Position numbers and translations under genes: made by a program
NCBI GenBank assembly: GCA_052426225.1
Contig: JBNJNM010000008.1
Location: 1,178,001 to 1,242,000, forward strand
Length of the DNA stretch: 64,000 nucleotides
Direction: 5' to 3'
Source of the DNA: Zancudomyces culisetae HAW-14-8
Taxonomy: Eukaryota > Fungi > Kickxellomycota
Part shown: positions 61,690 to 64,000 of the stretch, piece by piece
Layout: every line of letters starts with the position of its first letter
Position numbering within the stretch: the stretch's first letter is position 1
The notes under the pieces: model-generated
What the model saw: the letters and a program-made list of their open reading frames with translations, nothing else
Databases searched by the model: none
What the model was told of the DNA's origin: nothing

Positions 61690-63045
61690 TGGTTAAGAGT
61701 TATTTTATTCAAGTAAGTTGTGGGCGATTGTATTAACCCCCAAATATGTCCTATAATTTTGTGTTAACTATAATCTAAATTTAAACTATCCTAATTATGA
61801 ATGTTGAACAAAAACCACGAGGGGAGAAAAAGTCCAATCTAAAAATACTGCTAATTATATAAAATATAAAATAGGTAGATAAATCGTTCCATCGTATTTC
61901 TCATACGACATTTTTTGTCAAAAATATTTTTTCTCTTGTCGGTTGATGCCGACTTTACCGTTTTTGCAAGTATTTTTATTAACTAAACTATATTTTACTA
62001 CCTGTAAACGGTAGGATCCAGGTTCAATGTTGTTTTAATAGTTGTTTATTGATAATTATATTTTTGCGAAAAAGACTAGATAAGGTTAATAAAAGTGGGA
62101 AACGGACACTATTTATCCGTTTCCTTCGAAGATTTTAGGACTGAGTAATATAATAGTTTAAAAATATAATATAATGCTAGATAATAGTAACATAGAAACT
62201 TAATTATAATAAAGGTTACCACATTGTGAAAAAAACCCTTTGTTAGGGATAAGCACAATGTTGTAAATCAGTACATCTTATTAAAATAAGATTTACTGAT
62301 GTACTGTCATTGTAATATGACATTTGTTATAATAAGATTATTGTAATATATTTTTCTCTACTTTTTTAATATACTATACTATATTTGTTTTAACATTATA
62401 AACTGTATACTTAATATTATTCTGATAGTTTGAGAAAAGAGTTGTCTTTATTTTTCTTGTTGTGGGAGGTCCTTTTGACCCCTAAAATTGTTCATACTAG
62501 TCTGAAATAAATTATACCTATAAAATAACATCGGACAAAAACCACGAGGGGAAAAAGGTCCAATATAAAAATATTGTTAATTTATAATCCTAAACTAATA
62601 ACTAATAATTAAATTTGTTCCTATCTTATTATTATATGACAATTTGTGTGTCGGAATTTATTTTTTGTTTGTCGGACTTATCCGACTTTACTGCTTTCAC
62701 TAGTATTTTGTTTATTTACTACCAGTAAGCGGTAGGACCTTAGTTCTTTTGTTAATATTGTTTTTATTATAATAAAGTGTATACTAAATACTAATCCGAA
62801 AATAAGATGCTAAAAACATAGAAGAGAAAAAGCAGTGCTTAAATGCATTTTCCTCGTATATACTAAAATATTAAAATACTTTGAATAATATAAAAACCAT
62901 CCGAAATTAATTAATATTTGGGAAATGATGATTTACGCATAGTGAAAAACCTCATAGGTGAAAAGCACTAGGTAAATCATAACATATAACTCGCTATTAC
63001 CCGAGTGAGACGCCCATCTATCGATCTTTGATGTGTCATTTTTGT
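61690..63045 (+). ncRNA. Two diverged ~730-nt tandem copies of a putative structured RNA domain, class unknown
   Basis: Collinear conserved islands at an offset of 712-742 nt form base-paired stems with compensatory changes and plus-strand G-T wobbles. No ORF. Confidence 0.55.
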
Positions 63046-64000
63046 TAGCAAAAACTCATATTCAGACGTTTTGTTTTATCAATTATTTCAAACTAAAATA
63101 ATAATTATACATGTACTATTTTTTCGAAGTTTTCACTATAATACTATAAGTTCCTGTGTAGAACCAACTAAATATATTGATATTTTTCCTTCTAGGTCTT
63201 TAATTCGATCTATTTATACAAAATTCAATATTTTGTAGTAATTGATTTATAATAATAATCTAGATTTAATCTTTCTAGCATAGTTATAGAATCAGATAGA
63301 GATAAAATAACCATACATGATCGCTACAATAAAATAAACATGTTTAATAGATTAGTATAAAGTAATCATTTATTACAATCATAAAAAATAACCATTACTA
63401 TATTTATTTAATGATAACATTCATGTATGTTTTCTCATAAACATTTTTGTTGGTCTTCTTTTTTTTAAAGAATTGTAATATTAATAAAAAAAGTTATTAA
63501 TTTCGACTATAATTATGTTTTATTAACCTTTTATTGATAACTTTTATTTTTTATTAATTTACTTTCGTTAATTATATCATTTCTGATGTTGAACAATCTA
63601 TTTAATATAACTCTAATATGAGAAAAACTACTAGTCAAATGTTTTTATCAAAAATTAAAATTACTGATCTACTAGAGATAATATTCACCACCAATATTGT
63701 GATCGTATTTTTATTACATCCCACATAAAAATGTGGTAACTAACCTATAAGTTTAAATACTTTATTTTTTACTAATCTTTAAAAATTAGTTTAACATTGT
63801 TTTAGTTTGTGTAATTGTTTTGTGGCTGTGCTAGCATTTTATACAATAGTATATTTCATTAAACGTATTGTAGGTTTTATCATTATAAGATGTTCAGATA
63901 CAAACATTAGTTATCTATTTCCCTCATGATTCGTAGTGATGATAATTTATTGGTGTTAATCTTGTCATTTTAATATTTACCTAATTTTACAATTGCTCGT

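Noticed and set aside
61811-61824. AAAACCACGAGG matches a recalled stretch of vertebrate U3 snoRNA
   Set aside because: No U3 box A, B, C or D at appropriate spacing in either copy.
62455-62556. Twister-ribozyme-like GGTCC...CCCCTAA...GAGGGG in copy B
   Set aside because: The loop sequence is not conserved in copy A and the cleavage-site core was not identifiable. Hammerhead CTGANGA/GAAA and group I R/S or group II domain V motifs were also not found.
62214-62990. Hairpin followed by ACA in both copies as H/ACA snoRNA
   Set aside because: The pocket-to-ACA distance is about 23-25 nt rather than about 14-16, and no convincing H box. Kept only as part of the unknown RNA.

Overview
Eukaryotic, AT-rich, gene-dense nuclear DNA with spliceosomal introns. 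It is most likely an early-diverging fungus: fungal COX9, END3, RMT2 and TOM6 occur together with PUS10, CTDSPL2 and a UBAP1-like gene, which budding yeast lacks (a Zoopagomycota/Harpellales-like source is only an inference). About 23 protein genes were found, mostly housekeeping: PTPA, a divergent beta-tubulin, NAP1, TRM4, PUS10, RRN7, an ABCG half-transporter, UBAP1-like, RRN6, MTU1, CTDSPL2, TRM8, IBA57, IWR1, RMT2, COX9, END3 and TPP1/Est3-like, plus several orphans and one tRNA-Phe(GAA). I built the exon structures by hand. Most notable: (1) an ORF-free 1.9-kb block beside tRNA-Phe holding two diverged ~730-nt tandem copies whose conserved islands form covarying stems, a candidate large structured ncRNA of unknown class; (2) four frame-required GC-AG introns among ~42; (3) a sawtooth G/C skew that flips inside genes; (4) three convergent gene pairs with overlapping CDS ends; (5) linkage of four tRNA-modification enzymes and two Pol I core-factor subunits. 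All identifications come from recalled motifs; no database searches were run.
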